A DNA stretch of 64,000 nucleotides, taken from assembly GCF_052425735.1 (NCBI RefSeq), contig NC_135765.1, positions 33,356,001 to 33,420,000 of the forward strand, written 5' to 3'. Below, in pieces: positions 23,921 to 36,990 of this stretch. Made by a program: the position numbers and the translations under genes. This DNA is from Oculina patagonica. Its lineage: Eukaryota. The notes under the pieces were generated by a model. It had not been told where the DNA came from and did not search any database. It was given only the letters and a program-made list of their open reading frames with translations. Positions within the stretch are counted from its first letter, which is position 1. Every line of letters starts with the position of its first letter.

Positions 23921-26434
23921 AGCAAAGAAGAACATGATCTACGACTACGATAACGCTTTAATCTCTTTAGCCAGCACGACCATTCTTCAGGTTTACAGAA
24001 ATTTAACGGTTTTGGTGCCTTAACTGGTAACAGAGGCTGATTTAGCTGCGACTTCTGCAGCTCCCCACGCGCTCGCCCTGGCGCCTTCTGTTGGCATCGT
24101 TGAGGAGAATAGGCGATGGATGACTGTATCGAACTGTAATGACGACTGCAGTGACGAGGACCAGGTACATAAAGTAGGTTAGGCTACTTTTGACTTTCGA
24201 CACAATGTTATGTTGGCGGAACGATTCGAAACGATCCTTTCCGTGAACACATAAACTAAACGCAGTGGTTAAAGCATATTTTTAAATCAATCAATCAGTT
24301 CAAGCAACTCAAGTTACATGTTATCTAAGTCAAAACACTTGAAGCTACTTGAGGAGAACTTTCGAGAAGCCTGAGTTGTCTTAGATTGCATTACACAACA
24401 AAGATGAGAGCTGTTGTAAAAAGCTGTTTAATTAAAATTAAACAGCTTTTTACAGCACTTAATTAAAATTAAGTGTTTGCCTTTGAAGTGACATTGATGG
24501 CCAATTTATCGTTAAGGCACCTGTATGCTTTGATATTTTATTTTTTGGTTGGCATTGCTGAAGTATGGGACGGGTTGCATGACCTGTGTCGACCTTGCAT
24601 TAGAGAATAAATCTGTTTTTTACTGGATGAACAATTTTACTCAAATTTCTGTCTGCGGTGAAAAAAACTGTTTTAGTGTGCTAGGGTCTCAATTACACAT
24701 ATGCCAAACAATGCGTCAAGGAAATATTTAATTTATCACGCAAACAAAACTGAAACATGGAACATGGAACAGGAAAAGACTTGTGGATTTTTGTGAATTT
24801 CTTGTGAAGTTTGCGGTTTATCGTAGTTTATTAAAATTCCGCCGTTATCAGGGAATTATGTTATCAGTGTTATGCGAGGAATCTTCAGCTTTAATAATAG
24901 CTATGTCATAGGATTGCGTGAATTACCGTTTGTCATAGCTAGGATTGCGTGAAGTAGTGTTTATTAAAAGTATACAGTAAATAATTGTTTGATTTTTTGG
25001 GAGATATGTAAACTTCATCTAAATAGCGTTGAAAACCGAATTTGCTATTGAATGCTACTTTTTTGTTTGAGTTATTGTTAACCGAAATTTCAAGCAGCCC
25101 GACGTAAGTACAATTTAGTACATTTAGTCACAGCAAATGCTTCCAAATGCTTACATTTAGTAGCCTGTTTTTTAGGGGAGCGGGACGGCTGTACACAGGC
25201 TAACATTTAGTTACAGAAATGCTTCCGATGTTTTTTGGAGATAGGGAACAGCATCTGCTAAGTTCTTTAATTAAACCTTTTAATACTATTTAACTTTAAT
25301 ATTTTGTGCGATTTTCCCGCTTTTGCAAGCTGCTCTGAGTAACAACTTGCGGCATATGAGTGTGTAAATTCTGCTCTATATTAGCTCGCGAGATCATTGT
25401 TTGATTTTTAGGGAGATATGGAATATTCATCAACTATATTTTTATTATTTTATGACGATTGTATACAACATTGAATATGATATTGAATGCTGTTATGCTA
25501 TTGCAACTATTAAATTTGTGTCTACTTTCAAGAAATACGACAAAATTACACTTTAGCATTATATAGTAGCAGCGAAGGGTTCACATTATGTTACGTTACA
25601 GTGTATTAAATGCTTGCGATTTTTACTGGAGGTAGGGAAAACATCTGCTTCGTTTTATAATTGTTCCTTTTAATACTATTCAGCTTTCAATACGCTCTTG
25701 AACATCGTTACATTGTTGGGTGTATTTTAAAGCGAAATTTTTATACGATTTGTCCGCTTTTGAAAGCTGCTCGAGGTCACAGCTTGCTGAGTTAATTGTG
25801 TAAAATATTTTCTCGTAAGATAGACCATTGTTTGATTTTTAGGAAGATATGGAAAATTCATCTGTCTTTTTTCTACGCCAAAAATAAAATCCAGAACTGC
25901 AAACAAGCCATTCATTAACAAACTGTTCTTCCAACTTCAAAAATAGTGTAGTGTAATTGTTAATTCCTGTAGTCTCTCTCTTTCTTCAGCCGTTTAAAAT
26001 TGACGCAAATGTCGATACAATGTATGCTAGAACAATCATCTTCGCGTTCAAGTAAACAATTTGTAAGCTGTAGTTAAGGATAACAGTCTTTATCACGCAC
26101 AAGGTGTCAGCTACTTTTATTTACGTAAAGTTTTTGACAAATTTCCTCAAAAATATGAAAGACCCCCAGTGAAATGTCATCGCTTCTGTATGTATTGCAG
26201 ACATTTATTAATCGGGAGGGCCGAAGGGTAGCAAAATTACAGCAACTTGTATCGTAAACGCTCGCTAAATGAAACATATGATCACGCATTGATAATAAAA
26301 AATATACAGAATCGTAGACTGCATGCGCGAAATCTGACATCCAAAATTTGGTTTCGAACCGCATACACAACACAGGATACCCAACACACACAGGACTACC
26401 AGAATAGTGTGCTGTCTCGCTAAGGCGAGCCAGC

Positions 26435-26655
26435 AACAAAAGACGCGCAAAAGAATTCTACCTTTCGTAACAGAATATCGCCCTTCTGTGCCTAATCTTA
26501 AGAATATTCTAATGAAAAAGTGGCACCTACTAGAGTATTAACCAGTGCTAAGAGTACAGAAAAGGGAGATCGTTTTAGGATATACTCGTTACAGCAAAAC
26601 TTTGAAGGTCCACAATTACAAATCTCGACCAATGGGAGTCGTGTTTGGCCTGTCT
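26435..26655 (+). mobile_element. 3' end fragment of a Penelope-like retroelement
   Basis: KRILPFVTEYRPSVPNLKNILMKKWHLL...YRKGRSF*DILVTAKL*, the typical C-terminus after the RT domain in such elements. Confidence 0.55.
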
Positions 26656-27209
26656 TTTTTACTTGCCACCACAGGTCTGTGGATAATTTAATTTCATTCT
26701 TTTTTATTTGTTTTTTAATTTATTTTTTATTTTATTTTATTTTATTTATTTATTTTTTTTTTTTGGAGTCCAGAGTCCAGAGTCCAGTCCATACAGTGTC
26801 TTATGAGAGTAAAATTAATAAGTTTTGTTGTGATAAATGTTGTTGTAATGGGCGAAGAGTTGTAAAAAGAATGAGCAGAAAAAGAGATAGAGCTCCATCG
26901 AGAATTTGCTTGAAGAAAATTCATAGTTTATTTCATAAAAATGTAGTTAAACGTAGTGTAAAGAAACATATTAAACGCAATGTGCCTGATTCTTCGCGTT
27001 TGAAGGCTTTTCTTCGTGCAAATGTACGTATCGATATGTTGAATCGTGCTCAGCATGTTTGCTTAAAAAGATTCTTTTATGTTCGTTTTATTTTGGTTTG
27101 CTACATTCTATTTTTGGTAGTCGTCGAAAGTGTAAAAATTATATTTTCTTCATTCTGGAATAATTTTTGGAAATTTAGTTATGATAAAAATTTTTCTATA
27201 TTTTATAAA

Positions 27210-27592
27210 ATGTTATTTATGTGTGGTAATATTGAAAAGAACCCTGGTCCTGTGTTTAATTTCGGTGAAAATATGAGGGTCAATAAGAGGGAATGTTATG
27301 ATTGTACTTCATTTTCATTACTTAGAAATAGATTACGTGCAGTTGGTCTTATTCCTTTTGATTGAGGTGGAAATTGAGACTGTTTTTTTCGAAGTGTTAG
27401 TCATCAGATATTTGGTTCGTTAGCAAATCATTTGATAGTGCGGTTTGCAGGTGCTGAATATCTTAGAAATAATTGCGAAGAATTTTTTGAGTTTTTCGAA
27501 GGACAGTCTTGGTTAGACTATTTGAGTAGTATGTGTAGAGAGGGAACTTAGTGTGATGCTCTTATAGTACAAGCTGTTGTAAATGCTTTGTC
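27210..27592 (+). pseudogene. 2A-like peptide followed by an OTU cysteine-protease remnant inside the Helentron
   Basis: MLFMCGNIEKNPGP, then GLIPFD*GGN*DCFFRSVSHQIFG..HLIVR..YLRNN..SWLDYLSSMCREGT*CD, which contains the OTU cysteine box. In-frame stops at 27363, 27375 and 27549. Confidence 0.7.
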
Positions 27593-28121
27593 GAACGCAA
27601 GAACTTCACTTATCTGTAACACGAGACAGCCCAATGGGCACTTTGATTAATCGTTGTGGTGTGAAGATAGGCGAAAACGCATTGACCAAAAAATGGTGGC
27701 TTTTTTATGGCTGGAGCTCGTCAGGGAGGTAAATCGTCATTTTCTCGTAAACGAGTATTGTGACTCGAAGAAAACGTAAAGTTAGTAAGCAGTCGTGAAT
27801 ACAACACGACGCCGTCAAGCCCGGAGCCCCATCGTAATTTGCTGCTTGGAGCCCCGTGCTGCAGAATGCGGAGCCCTGAATAGTTACTACAGAGCCCGGA
27901 GCTCTGGGGGACCGGAGCCCGACCTGGACCCTACAGCTTTTTGGGCTCTTAGCTGAGGCCCTGGACTCGGCCTGGAGCCCTAAACCCGTTTGGGACCCTG
28001 AGGAGCTGTTGCTCCTACCCTGGTATATGGAGATCCTCTATTTTTATAAGTTGGAGGAGTTTTGAAGCGCTGTATAACTAAGGATGGAAATGAGAGAAGG
28101 AGGCCGTGGAGGGGGTGGGGA

Positions 28122-28650
28122 TAGGCTTTTATAGATTGTGATCCTAAAAGTGGCATATTATGCTACTAGCAGTGCTCAAAATTTTGCCAAATTATGCAAA
28201 AATTATGCCAGAATTCCCAAATTATGCTTCTGATTTCCGAAATTATGCTCACAAAATGACGTAGATTCTATACATAGAGGTGCGCAATAACGACACCAAA
28301 TTATGATGTTTTTTAAATAAACTGTTGTTGTAAATTTATTTGTGTTTATGGCAGTTTATCACGGCCGTCAGCTGTCCAAATTAGCTGCTCGTATCTCTAA
28401 AACGTTTGTAAAATGCCTCCAACGACTTAACAATCACAATTGTATAGCTAAAACACGCATTGCAAGAACAAACTACCTAAATTTCATTTATTTCTGTAGA
28501 AAGTACACCATATTTACTACATTTTATGAATTTATGCTCCAAAAAGTGCTAAAAATTGCTAATTATGCCGTGGCAGTGCTCGTTTCACAAATTATGCTTT
28601 TTAGCTCCAATTATGCCAAAAATTATGCTAGCACAATCTATAAAAGCCTA
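28122..28650. mobile_element. hAT-like MITE
   Basis: TIR taggcttttatagattgtg / cacaatctataaaagccta; 8-bp TSD ggtgggga; empty site near 15455. Confidence 0.8.
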
Positions 28651-29079
28651 GGTGGGGAGGTATTTTTTGCTTTCCCCCAAAATAGAGAAAATACTACCCG
28701 ATGTCCGTACCCCCTAGACTCCCACTCCCTCATCCCCTTATCATCTCCTCCCTCGTTTAAAAACTATCATATTGCTCCTCAATTGTAAGTCACAACTTGG
28801 GGACATCCATTACACCATAGTTAGTAGCACGCACTGCCCTCTTGTGGTATATTGTTCGAGCGAAAGAGAGAGCTGGGTACTAGGTTACCAGCCATTTTAT
28901 AACATACCGCTGTTAAGCCAGAACGGGGGGCTCAACAATCTCTGAGTCCGGAAAAGTGCTTCGAGAGTTGTGCCGACCGGTTGCGGGGTCGCGGATTGAT
29001 TTTTGCAAGATTCGATAGTTTGTGTCACACTTTTTTTTGCCTTTGTGGAGGATTATAGAGTCAGTTTCGACTAAAAAAG

Positions 29080-32000
29080 ATGGAAAACTGGCGAGTACGT
29101 GAGGCAGTAGCAGAGGATGTCCCAGATATTCTACGAATGATAAAGGTAATCAATCACCGGCGACGAGAGAGTAGTTTACTACACACCGTTTAATTTACTA
29201 GCTTAGCTATACTAGAATTTCACATCAATAACCTAATTACTCAATGCTGATCCATATAGCTTGTCCAAGCGCCAATCTACACTACACGGCGGGGGGAGAG
29301 GGGGAGGGAGGGGGTGCCCAGTGCCCCCTCCCTCCTCTCCTCTCTAATAGCCCGCTCTCTTCATGTAAGACTTTATTATCATTTGATGCAATTTTGTCTT
29401 CGTTTTCGCCCACCCCATGAATTGATCTGCCTACAAATAGAGCAGTTTTCAATTGAGTGTCGTAAAACCAAAACCAAAGTAATTGCTCTGGCCAATCACA
29501 AAGGGCACAGACAATCCAGTGAACCAATCAAAACTCGAAGCAAATACATGTAGCTGGCACGAAGCGCGGGAAAACGTGCGCGAGCGAGTCACGATTGGTT
29601 TTGGTTTTAGTTCTGATTGGCTGAGAAAGTGGCGTGAGATTTTTAAGCCAATCACTAAGCGTAGTAATGCAAAACCAAAGCAAACGCAATTAACTTTCGA
29701 CACTCAAGTGAAAACCGCTCTAATTGTCTGCTCACGTGCGTTACCATCTGACAGTGATTTTGCTGTAAATATTCTCATGTGTATCCATGCCATCTGCGAA
29801 AAAATGGCAGTGTGTTTTCCAGAGTTGTCGGTAAGGTAAATTTGCCAATTTACCAATTTGCCTCATGTGGTCCCCCCATCTACTTTCTAGACTTATTTCT
29901 TAAATTTTATTTCACTTTCAAAGTAAGGATATCAATTTAATTATTTAATTTTGATTTTGCAGGATTTAGCTGTGTATGAAAAAGAACCTGAATCAAGAGT
30001 AAAACTCACTGAAGAAGGTAATATTGCTGTCAAACTTCCATAAGCGGACACCCTTACGGACTGAAAAAGTGTCCGCAATTAGAATTTAATTGTCTACTCA
30101 TGGGTAAGTGAAAATGAATAATTTGTGTATATACGTGTAGCTGGGACATCTAATGACTGAGTACAGAGACTGTCCACTTACAAGAGGACTCTACCCAAAA
30201 GAATATGGGTGGGGAGCCAAATAAACTGATACAAAATTTAAATTATTTTTGGATGCTATTGTGTGGTATAGCTGGTTAATTTTATCAACAAATAAACTAA
30301 ACCAATTTTCTGAACCACCTGACCTTATCTCCCCAGGCACTCAAACCAAGACTTCCAGCCATGTGACGACCTGATCTCTTTATACATGACTAATGTCTAT
30401 GTAAAAGTGTATTGATAATAAATATTGCTGGTAGGAGCAACCTCACAAAATGCTGGGAGTATGGAAACTTGTTCCAAACTGTCTGCATGTGCACTACTGG
30501 CTCAATCACAAACATACAATCAACAGTTTTGTATACTGTCGTGATTAAATTTACTGCTCAGAGTGTTAATTTACTCTAGATCCTGGTAGCCCAAGGGAGG
30601 GTACTTATACACATGTAGAAGAGTGCTATTAGGAACACTGGCACTTATTTTTCTTTTCAGATTATGTGATAAAGCACTTTAATGAACAACTGATACTGAC
30701 AGATACTCAATATCTGTAACAATAGGGGTTTTGCATAGTCATAACGCCATTTCCTTGTACAGGTGTTAAATATTTTGTTCAGATGCGAAAGCAGACTACA
30801 CAATTCACTCATCTAAATAATTATGTCTTAAATGTCACTTTTGCAATGGAGACCCTTACTGGAAGGGGATGCTTATTTAGGATAGGGGTGCTCATTTAAA
30901 AGAGGGCACCTAAGGGGGAGTGCCTATTGGAAAAGGCCTGTTATTGGAAGGAGCGTGTTAAATCAATTATGGTCATTATGGTATCTTGCAGAAATGCTGA
31001 GAGATGGATTTGGAGAGGAGAAGCCGTGGTTTGGAAGTCTGATAGCAGAGGTGCTGCATTGCCCTGAAGGAAATCATTGTTTACCAAAGAAGAAGGCAGT
31101 TGGTTATGCATTATTTTTTTACATCTATTCCACGTGGGAAGGGCGGTCTCTATATCTGGAAGACCTTTATGTTGACCCAGCTTATAGAGGTACAGTATAC
31201 CCGTTTACAGAAGCTCTTTTGTACTAATTTGTAGCTGACATTAACCTTTTTGGTCACTCTCAGAAATTGATTCAATGTGGTTCTAATTTAAAAGTCTGTA
31301 TACAACTGTACTGTAATAATTAGCACTCCATATCGGTGTCAGGTTGTTGTTGGCTGTGAAAGCATTTTTATTCCTTGAAGTTGATTACAGCAAGGCGCCC
31401 AAAAGTGTGACCACTTTTAATTTATTCACATTCTTTCATGCAGATTTAATCCAATCAAAAGCCGTGGATAGCTTGCAGTTGACTTCTGATTGGATTAAAT
31501 CTGCACGAAGGAATGTGAATAAATTAAAAGTGGTCACACTTTTGGGCGGCTTGCTGTAACAGGTGCAGATCTACATTTTCATTGGAACGCCCATTTCCCT
31601 AACCCTTGATTTTTCAAACCTCCTGATAAGTTGAACCAAAAGTTTTTCCTCTCCCCTAGTCAAACACTGTAATTTTACCCTAATTTCTCAAACTACTTGA
31701 TTTTTTGGAACCAATTTTCATTTCCTTTGGTGGTTTGAAAAATTGGGATTCCACTAGCTCTACAAAAGTAGTTGAGACACTTTAGACAATGAGTCTTCAC
31801 AATATTTACCCCCCCCCCCCTCAATATTCATGATTGTAGAGCTGCTCTGGTTTCTGCAGTCTTAAAAAGGGGTACACCAACTAAGGCATAAGTCTTTGAA
31901 GGGTCAGGAGAGGGGTCATGTCCAACAAAAAATACTGTAAATTTATCTGTGCCTTTGAAATGCTTTTTCAGTTTTTGTTTGGAGATACTTCCTTAGAGAG

Positions 32001-33474
32001 TTTCTGTTACAACTGAAGAAAACCTAAGGGGACACTTTCTCGGAAAAATGAAAGGCAGGAAGAAAGCTTGAGCCATGTGTGCAAAAGTTGGAAGAAAGCG
32101 CAATGAAGGCCACACCTTTGAAACATCATACGCGTGTGAACAGTGTGACAATTCGTTGTGTCGCCAAATGCGGGAGAACAATCGTGCTTTTCTGCGTGGC
32201 ATAATGGAAATTTATAAAAACATTTCAAGCTTAATTGAACTTGTATCATTATACTAGAATTATTAGGGATTGCAACTGTATTTCGCTGTGTAATTATGAT
32301 TGAAGCATACATGTCGCGCTTCCAAAGAGTTTTCCACTGTGTGCAGAGATAAACAACAACGAATGTTATTGTTTGGTAAATTTTATTGTTCAAAATCTAT
32401 AAATAGAAATGAATTGGCATTGTTAATAGTGAAATTATTCGTTTAGGTGAAAAGCCAAGTTTCTTAGTGCTCTTGACTTGCGAGATATTATTTTGGAGCT
32501 GCGTCTTGTGACGTGTTGTGATGTCAGCAAGTGCGGGCAAATTCAAAATTGACCTGAACAGGAAAACTTGTAGATTTCTTTCTTCTTAGAGAGAGAGGTG
32601 ACCTGTTTTTTAATGTAAGATATCAAAGAAAGCTTTCAATGTGATTCTGATGAAATAAGAATACAAATAAGAGTTATCACACTGAAAAATACTTTCAAAG
32701 CTAAATGCTACATTGCAATAAACTTGCCATACATCACAATGTTGAATGAGTTCCCCAGCTTTAAGATTTTTTTAAAGAAAGCACCATGCTTAGGTTGAAC
32801 AAAACCTACAAAAAAAGCGGCTGGGAGAGTCACTCTGCTGCGGAAAATTCGTTCTTCCATTACTTGTGCAGCTGCAGAAAGCATTTACAGGGCTATGATT
32901 ATGCCTGTTTTTACCTACTGTAGTCTAATTACACTAAGCTATTCAAATACACGCAGGCAACTGATTCACAGAATCGAACATCGTGGCCTAAGCTGCATAT
33001 CTTCAGGACTGGAAAACAAGACTGACATCCGTATTCAATCAGTTGACAGTTATTTGATAAGAAAAGTCAGTCTCTGTGTTTTTGATTGTCTACTTGGAAA
33101 TGTGTGTACTTCTTTTAAGAAGTATTTTAAAAGAGTTAATCACAGTGTCAATACTAGGAACAGATTTTCCTCCATCGAACTGCCGAAAATGAAGCTAGAG
33201 TTTGGCTGTCGGAGTTTTTCGTTTTTTAGGAGCCTCCGTTTTTAACAGTATTCCGTCGGACATGAGAAATCTGAACTCTAGGCTTCTATTTAAACAAAAA
33301 GTTAAAGAACATTTTTATTTGTAATTTTTATTCATAAGCTTTTATATGTTTTTGACCATTGTAGTTTTATTATTTGTAAACTTTTTTACCTTTTTAAATT
33401 TTTTAAATTTTACAGGAACCCTAAGATAACAGTACTCTCAAGTACTGATGGGTTAATCCTGTTAAAAATATTTG

Positions 33475-33537
<63 letters not shown>

Positions 33538-35186
33538 AAATAAATCTTTATCATATAAGAGATAACTTTGTGTAGTTTCCCTTTAGTAGGATAAATAGAA
33601 TACATTAAAATCTTGAAATATATTGGCACTAGTGTGTGTTTTCATTCGGGCAGCCATTTTCTCTGGAATTTCAGGGGGTGGTCTGGGCTCTGGGGTCTGG
33701 AGCTCAGTGGGATAAAGTATAAAAGATCAGTTCTTTTAACAATGTGCTAAAAGGAAACATTCAAAATTTGTGATTTGTGGGGAATTTTTAACTTCCTATT
33801 GTGCTCCAACTCATGCGGAATTTTCAAGCATTGACAAGTTTGTTTTTGTTCATCCATTTGACATTTATTTTATTTTTAACAGGAAAAGGTATTGGCACAG
33901 AGATGTTAAGAAGAGTCTCCTCGGTAGGTCGAGATTTTTAAATATCCTATATGTTTAACATGGTTCAGTGACTGTTAAGGTCCGGCAAAACGAGGAAACA
34001 TGTTTCCAGAAACATGCTGGAAACATGTTTCCATAATTGTTACCTCGTTTTGCCATGCTTCCATGACACACGGAAACACGAACTGTTTCTAGCGTGTAGC
34101 AGAAGCAAATTGACGCTGGGAACAATGCTTCCCGTGTGGCAAAACTGGGAAACATTGGGGAAACATGCTTGCGCTACGGATGTTTCTGGAAACATGATTG
34201 CTCTTTTTGCCAGGCGTTTAGGCGGCCCAAGTTGTGCTATATAGGCACCGTAGCATAATTATAATCGTTACTTTAGATGCCTGTGTTATACATTCCATCC
34301 AGGGTAAGATATGAGCATGATATCAGAGTATTGCTGATATTAGAACTGTCCCCTGGCCAACTATTTTTAGTGATTCTTAGATCAGTGATTTAATTGGCAC
34401 AGAGAAATTATAAAAATCTTTCTCCCTGTCATCCTAATCCTCCCTGACCACCCCCACCCCTTGTTCCTTCCCCTTCTGCCCACTCCCCCTTTTACACCCT
34501 CTTCATTGGTTTTATTTTTTTCAGATTTTAAGATTTAAACTGAATCAATTGCTAAACATGTCCTCTTACTTAGGGAGGCACGGTGGCCTAATGGTTAGTG
34601 CACCGGACTCAGGATCAAGCGGTCCGAGTTCGAGCCCCGTCCAGGGTCACTTGTGTTGTGTTCTTGGGCAAGACACTTTACTCTCACAGTGCCTCTCTCC
34701 ACCCAGGTGTATAAATGGGTACCGGCGACATAATGCTGGCGGGTACCCTGCGATGGACTAGCATCCCATTCAGGTGGGACTGGGGAGTAGAAATATTCCT
34801 AGCCGCTTAATGCTACGGAAACCGGGGTAAGCTCTGGCAGTGTGGGCCGCATAGCTCGTGGCTTCCCTTTTCTCTTACTTACCTGTTACAACAGATAATT
34901 TGATTAGAATGAAGAAGGAGAGAAGACAAAGGAGTGGGGATGAGTACAAGCAGTGTCCATGTAAGACGAGGTTAAAATGAATTTTACTTTATAATTTCAG
35001 ATAGCTGTGGAGAAAGGTTGTGTCAGAGTTGACTGGAATTGTTTAAATTGGAATAAAACAGCCAAGGATTTCTATGACAAGCTAGGAGCAGTTTGTCTGG
35101 ACGAGTGGCAGTTGTATCGCCTTACTGGAGAACGTTTACTGGAATTTTCAGGCAAGAAACCAAAAATAGCGTCTTCATGCCGGTGA
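29080..35186 (+). CDS. SAT2: SAT2-like N-acetyltransferase, second complete copy, 181 aa; exons 29080-29145, 29963-30017, 30992-31189, 33883-33923, 35001-35186
   Basis: Same exon lengths and splice sites as the minus-strand copy, with few amino-acid changes. The stop position reads TCA instead of TGA, adding SCR. Confidence 0.93.
29438..29721. mobile_element. MITE in SAT intron 1
   Basis: tagagcagttttcaattgagtgtcg ... cgacactcaagtgaaaaccgctcta; absent from the other SAT copy. Confidence 0.7.
31385..31559. mobile_element. Hairpin MITE in SAT intron 3
   Basis: ttacagcaaggcgcccaaaagtgtgaccac ... gtggtcacacttttgggcggcttgctgtaa. Confidence 0.7.
32790..33537 (+). mobile_element. 5'-truncated LINE (L2/CR1 group) 3' end with (TTA)n tail
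   Basis: KAAGRVTLLRKIRSSIT..IYRAMIMPVFTYCS..NTRN..IELPKMKLEFG.RSFSF, followed by an (ATT)n tail at 33478-33537. Confidence 0.75.
34572..34880 (+). mobile_element. tRNA-derived SINE
   Basis: gggaggcacggtggcctaatggttagtg..gagttcgagccc..cttgggcaagacactttactctcacagtgcc. Confidence 0.75.
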
Positions 35187-36420
35187 CAAGGTGTCACAAG
35201 GTGACGTCACGTTGCTTGGTAACCAATGTTACGAAAACGGCGGGGTCAAAGACAGGACACTGAAAAAGTTACTTGTTTCACACTTTTGTAATGAATGGTT
35301 CGAACTTCATTCGATTTCAATTCCTATTTGTACTGTATAAAAAATGTAAATAAAATATTTTTTGGATAACGTATTTTCAAAACTTCTCAAACGAATGTAG
35401 GACAGTTTCTTTCTCTAGCGTAAGACTGAGAAATCGTAAAAAAAGAAATTGAAGGCATTAGACATCAGGGCAACAATACGGTTATTAACCACTTATCTAT
35501 AGAAAGCTGCGTGGTATTTGGTCTCTGCTATTTGACACAGCATGTCCAGTATATTCGCAGTCAACCCTTTCTCTGAGAAAGCAACTCTCCTGAGAGCGTT
35601 GCGTGACGAATAGAACGAAAAGTTCTACCCAGATCTGTTTCTTTAATGTATGACACCCAGTTTTTGTAGAAGACCTAGAAAATTTGCTAGATCCGTAATC
35701 CGCATAACAGTTTCCACGGGTCTGTGAAAATCATTCGTTTTATAATCCGGAATACAAACATTAGTTTTTGTAAAAAAAAAAAAAAAAGGAAATACGACGT
35801 ACAGGTATTGTACAAAAGGTTGCCTTTTCCTAAGGTCTTACAACACTGTAATTGTTGCGGATTTCAAGAATAATTGCTTTGCGAAATGAATCCGGAAATG
35901 AGAATTGGATTGTGTGACGGCGTGTTGTTCAACAAAAAAAGACTGATTACGTCAAAGGTTAGTAAACTTAACAGGGATTATCAGGAACAGACTATTCAGA
36001 AAAGAAAGTCGTATTTCACTAGGAAGGCCTTTAACAGATTGCAACCGATGGCCAACTAATCGGGCAATCGCATGGGTAGGAGAATGGTATGCAATCCTTG
36101 AGCTTTATAACGGTGGAATATAAAGTCCCAGACACGGATGAATCGTTTATACACAGCATGGGTTTTTTTCTCGGCGCGCTGGGGTTCCAACTATTGATCT
36201 TTTTGAGACAGAATAGAACGAAAAAATGGTTATAAGAGATTTACTTCCCTAGAACGATGTTTTAAAAATCGAAATTTCCATTTTGGGTCTGTATATAAAA
36301 AGTATTCGAGGGACACGTGCGTTGTTGTCGAGTCTGAACTGACCAATCAATGGTCGTCAATGTGTTGGGTGCAAAACCCAAAGTATTTACTTTCAATTTC
36401 GAGTCGCGATTTATTTGACT

Positions 36421-36482
36421 CGAAACTGAAAGCAAATACTTTCAGTTTCGTACGAAACTGAAAGTATTTGCTTTCAGTTTCG
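36421..36482. promoter_or_regulatory. Perfect 62-bp palindrome made of four GAAACTGAAAG ISRE-like sites upstream of copy B
   Basis: cgaaactgaaagcaaatactttcagtttcg-ta-cgaaactgaaagtatttgctttcagtttcg equals its own reverse complement. Confidence 0.65.
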
Positions 36483-36892
36483 TACTACAATTCAGCATTC
36501 TTTACAATTTTTACGTACTAAAAAAACAGTGGATAGCGTTTTTTGGCACGCGCTGATTACTCAAACTCCGAATATCCTTTGCTATTCACCTCCGAGTAAC
36601 GCAGGAATAAATTAGTCAAAAACAATCCTTTCGGACTATATTATCTCATATACTCGCGGCTCGGTAAATATCCACCACTAGCCACCTAAACTTAGTTCGG
36701 TGAATAGTTGTTAAACATCCGTAAATGCGGTGACTTTTGAATGTATGATCGTTTAAAGGAGATTTTGAGCTATATTTTTCATGTTCCTTTAAGTAAAGAT
36801 ATCTGTTTTTAAATGGCGTGAATTTCAATATCGAAACAAATTGGGAAACTGAACCGAATATTAAATAACCGAGTATTTGGGAAATAGAAGTT

Positions 36893-36990
36893 GGGGTAAA
36901 AACCCCAATACTGAAAGTAGGCAATGTTTATCAATAGGAGTAATAAGAGAAGTTGGGGAAAACCCCAAAGCCCTAACTTGGGGTTTTCCC
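36893..36990. promoter_or_regulatory. Cluster of NF-kB-like sites upstream of copy B
   Basis: GGGGTAAAAACCCC (36893), GGGGAAAACCCC (36955) and GGGGTTTTCCC (36980), plus ACTGAAAGT, 190-285 bp upstream of the ATG. Confidence 0.5.

Larger units (their letters stand above)
22657..27647 (+). mobile_element. Helentron/Helitron2-like non-autonomous element, about 5 kb
   Basis: The empty site ccgtttttaatcg is visible at ~15920-15933 (reverse strand). Asymmetric TIRs tgtctcgtgttac (22657) and gtaacacgagaca (27616-27628); 56-bp 5' hairpin (22659-22714); 3' stem-loop gcccaatgggc; inserted in a T run; carries an OTU-domain remnant. Confidence 0.75.

Noticed and set aside
26520-27365. 281-aa ORF as a standalone gene
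   Set aside because: A chimera of an out-of-frame Penelope-like fragment, T-rich low-complexity sequence and the start of the decayed Helentron 2A-OTU ORF.
34572-34650. tRNA-like sequences (also near 10625, 19600 and 58780)
   Set aside because: These are SINE heads that run into the SINE body; no complete cloverleaf.
8706-35186. A real head-to-head inverted duplication of the SAT plus unknown-gene unit
   Set aside because: The inversion breakpoints coincide with assembly gaps and the contig ends join cleanly when flipped; more likely a scaffolding orientation error.
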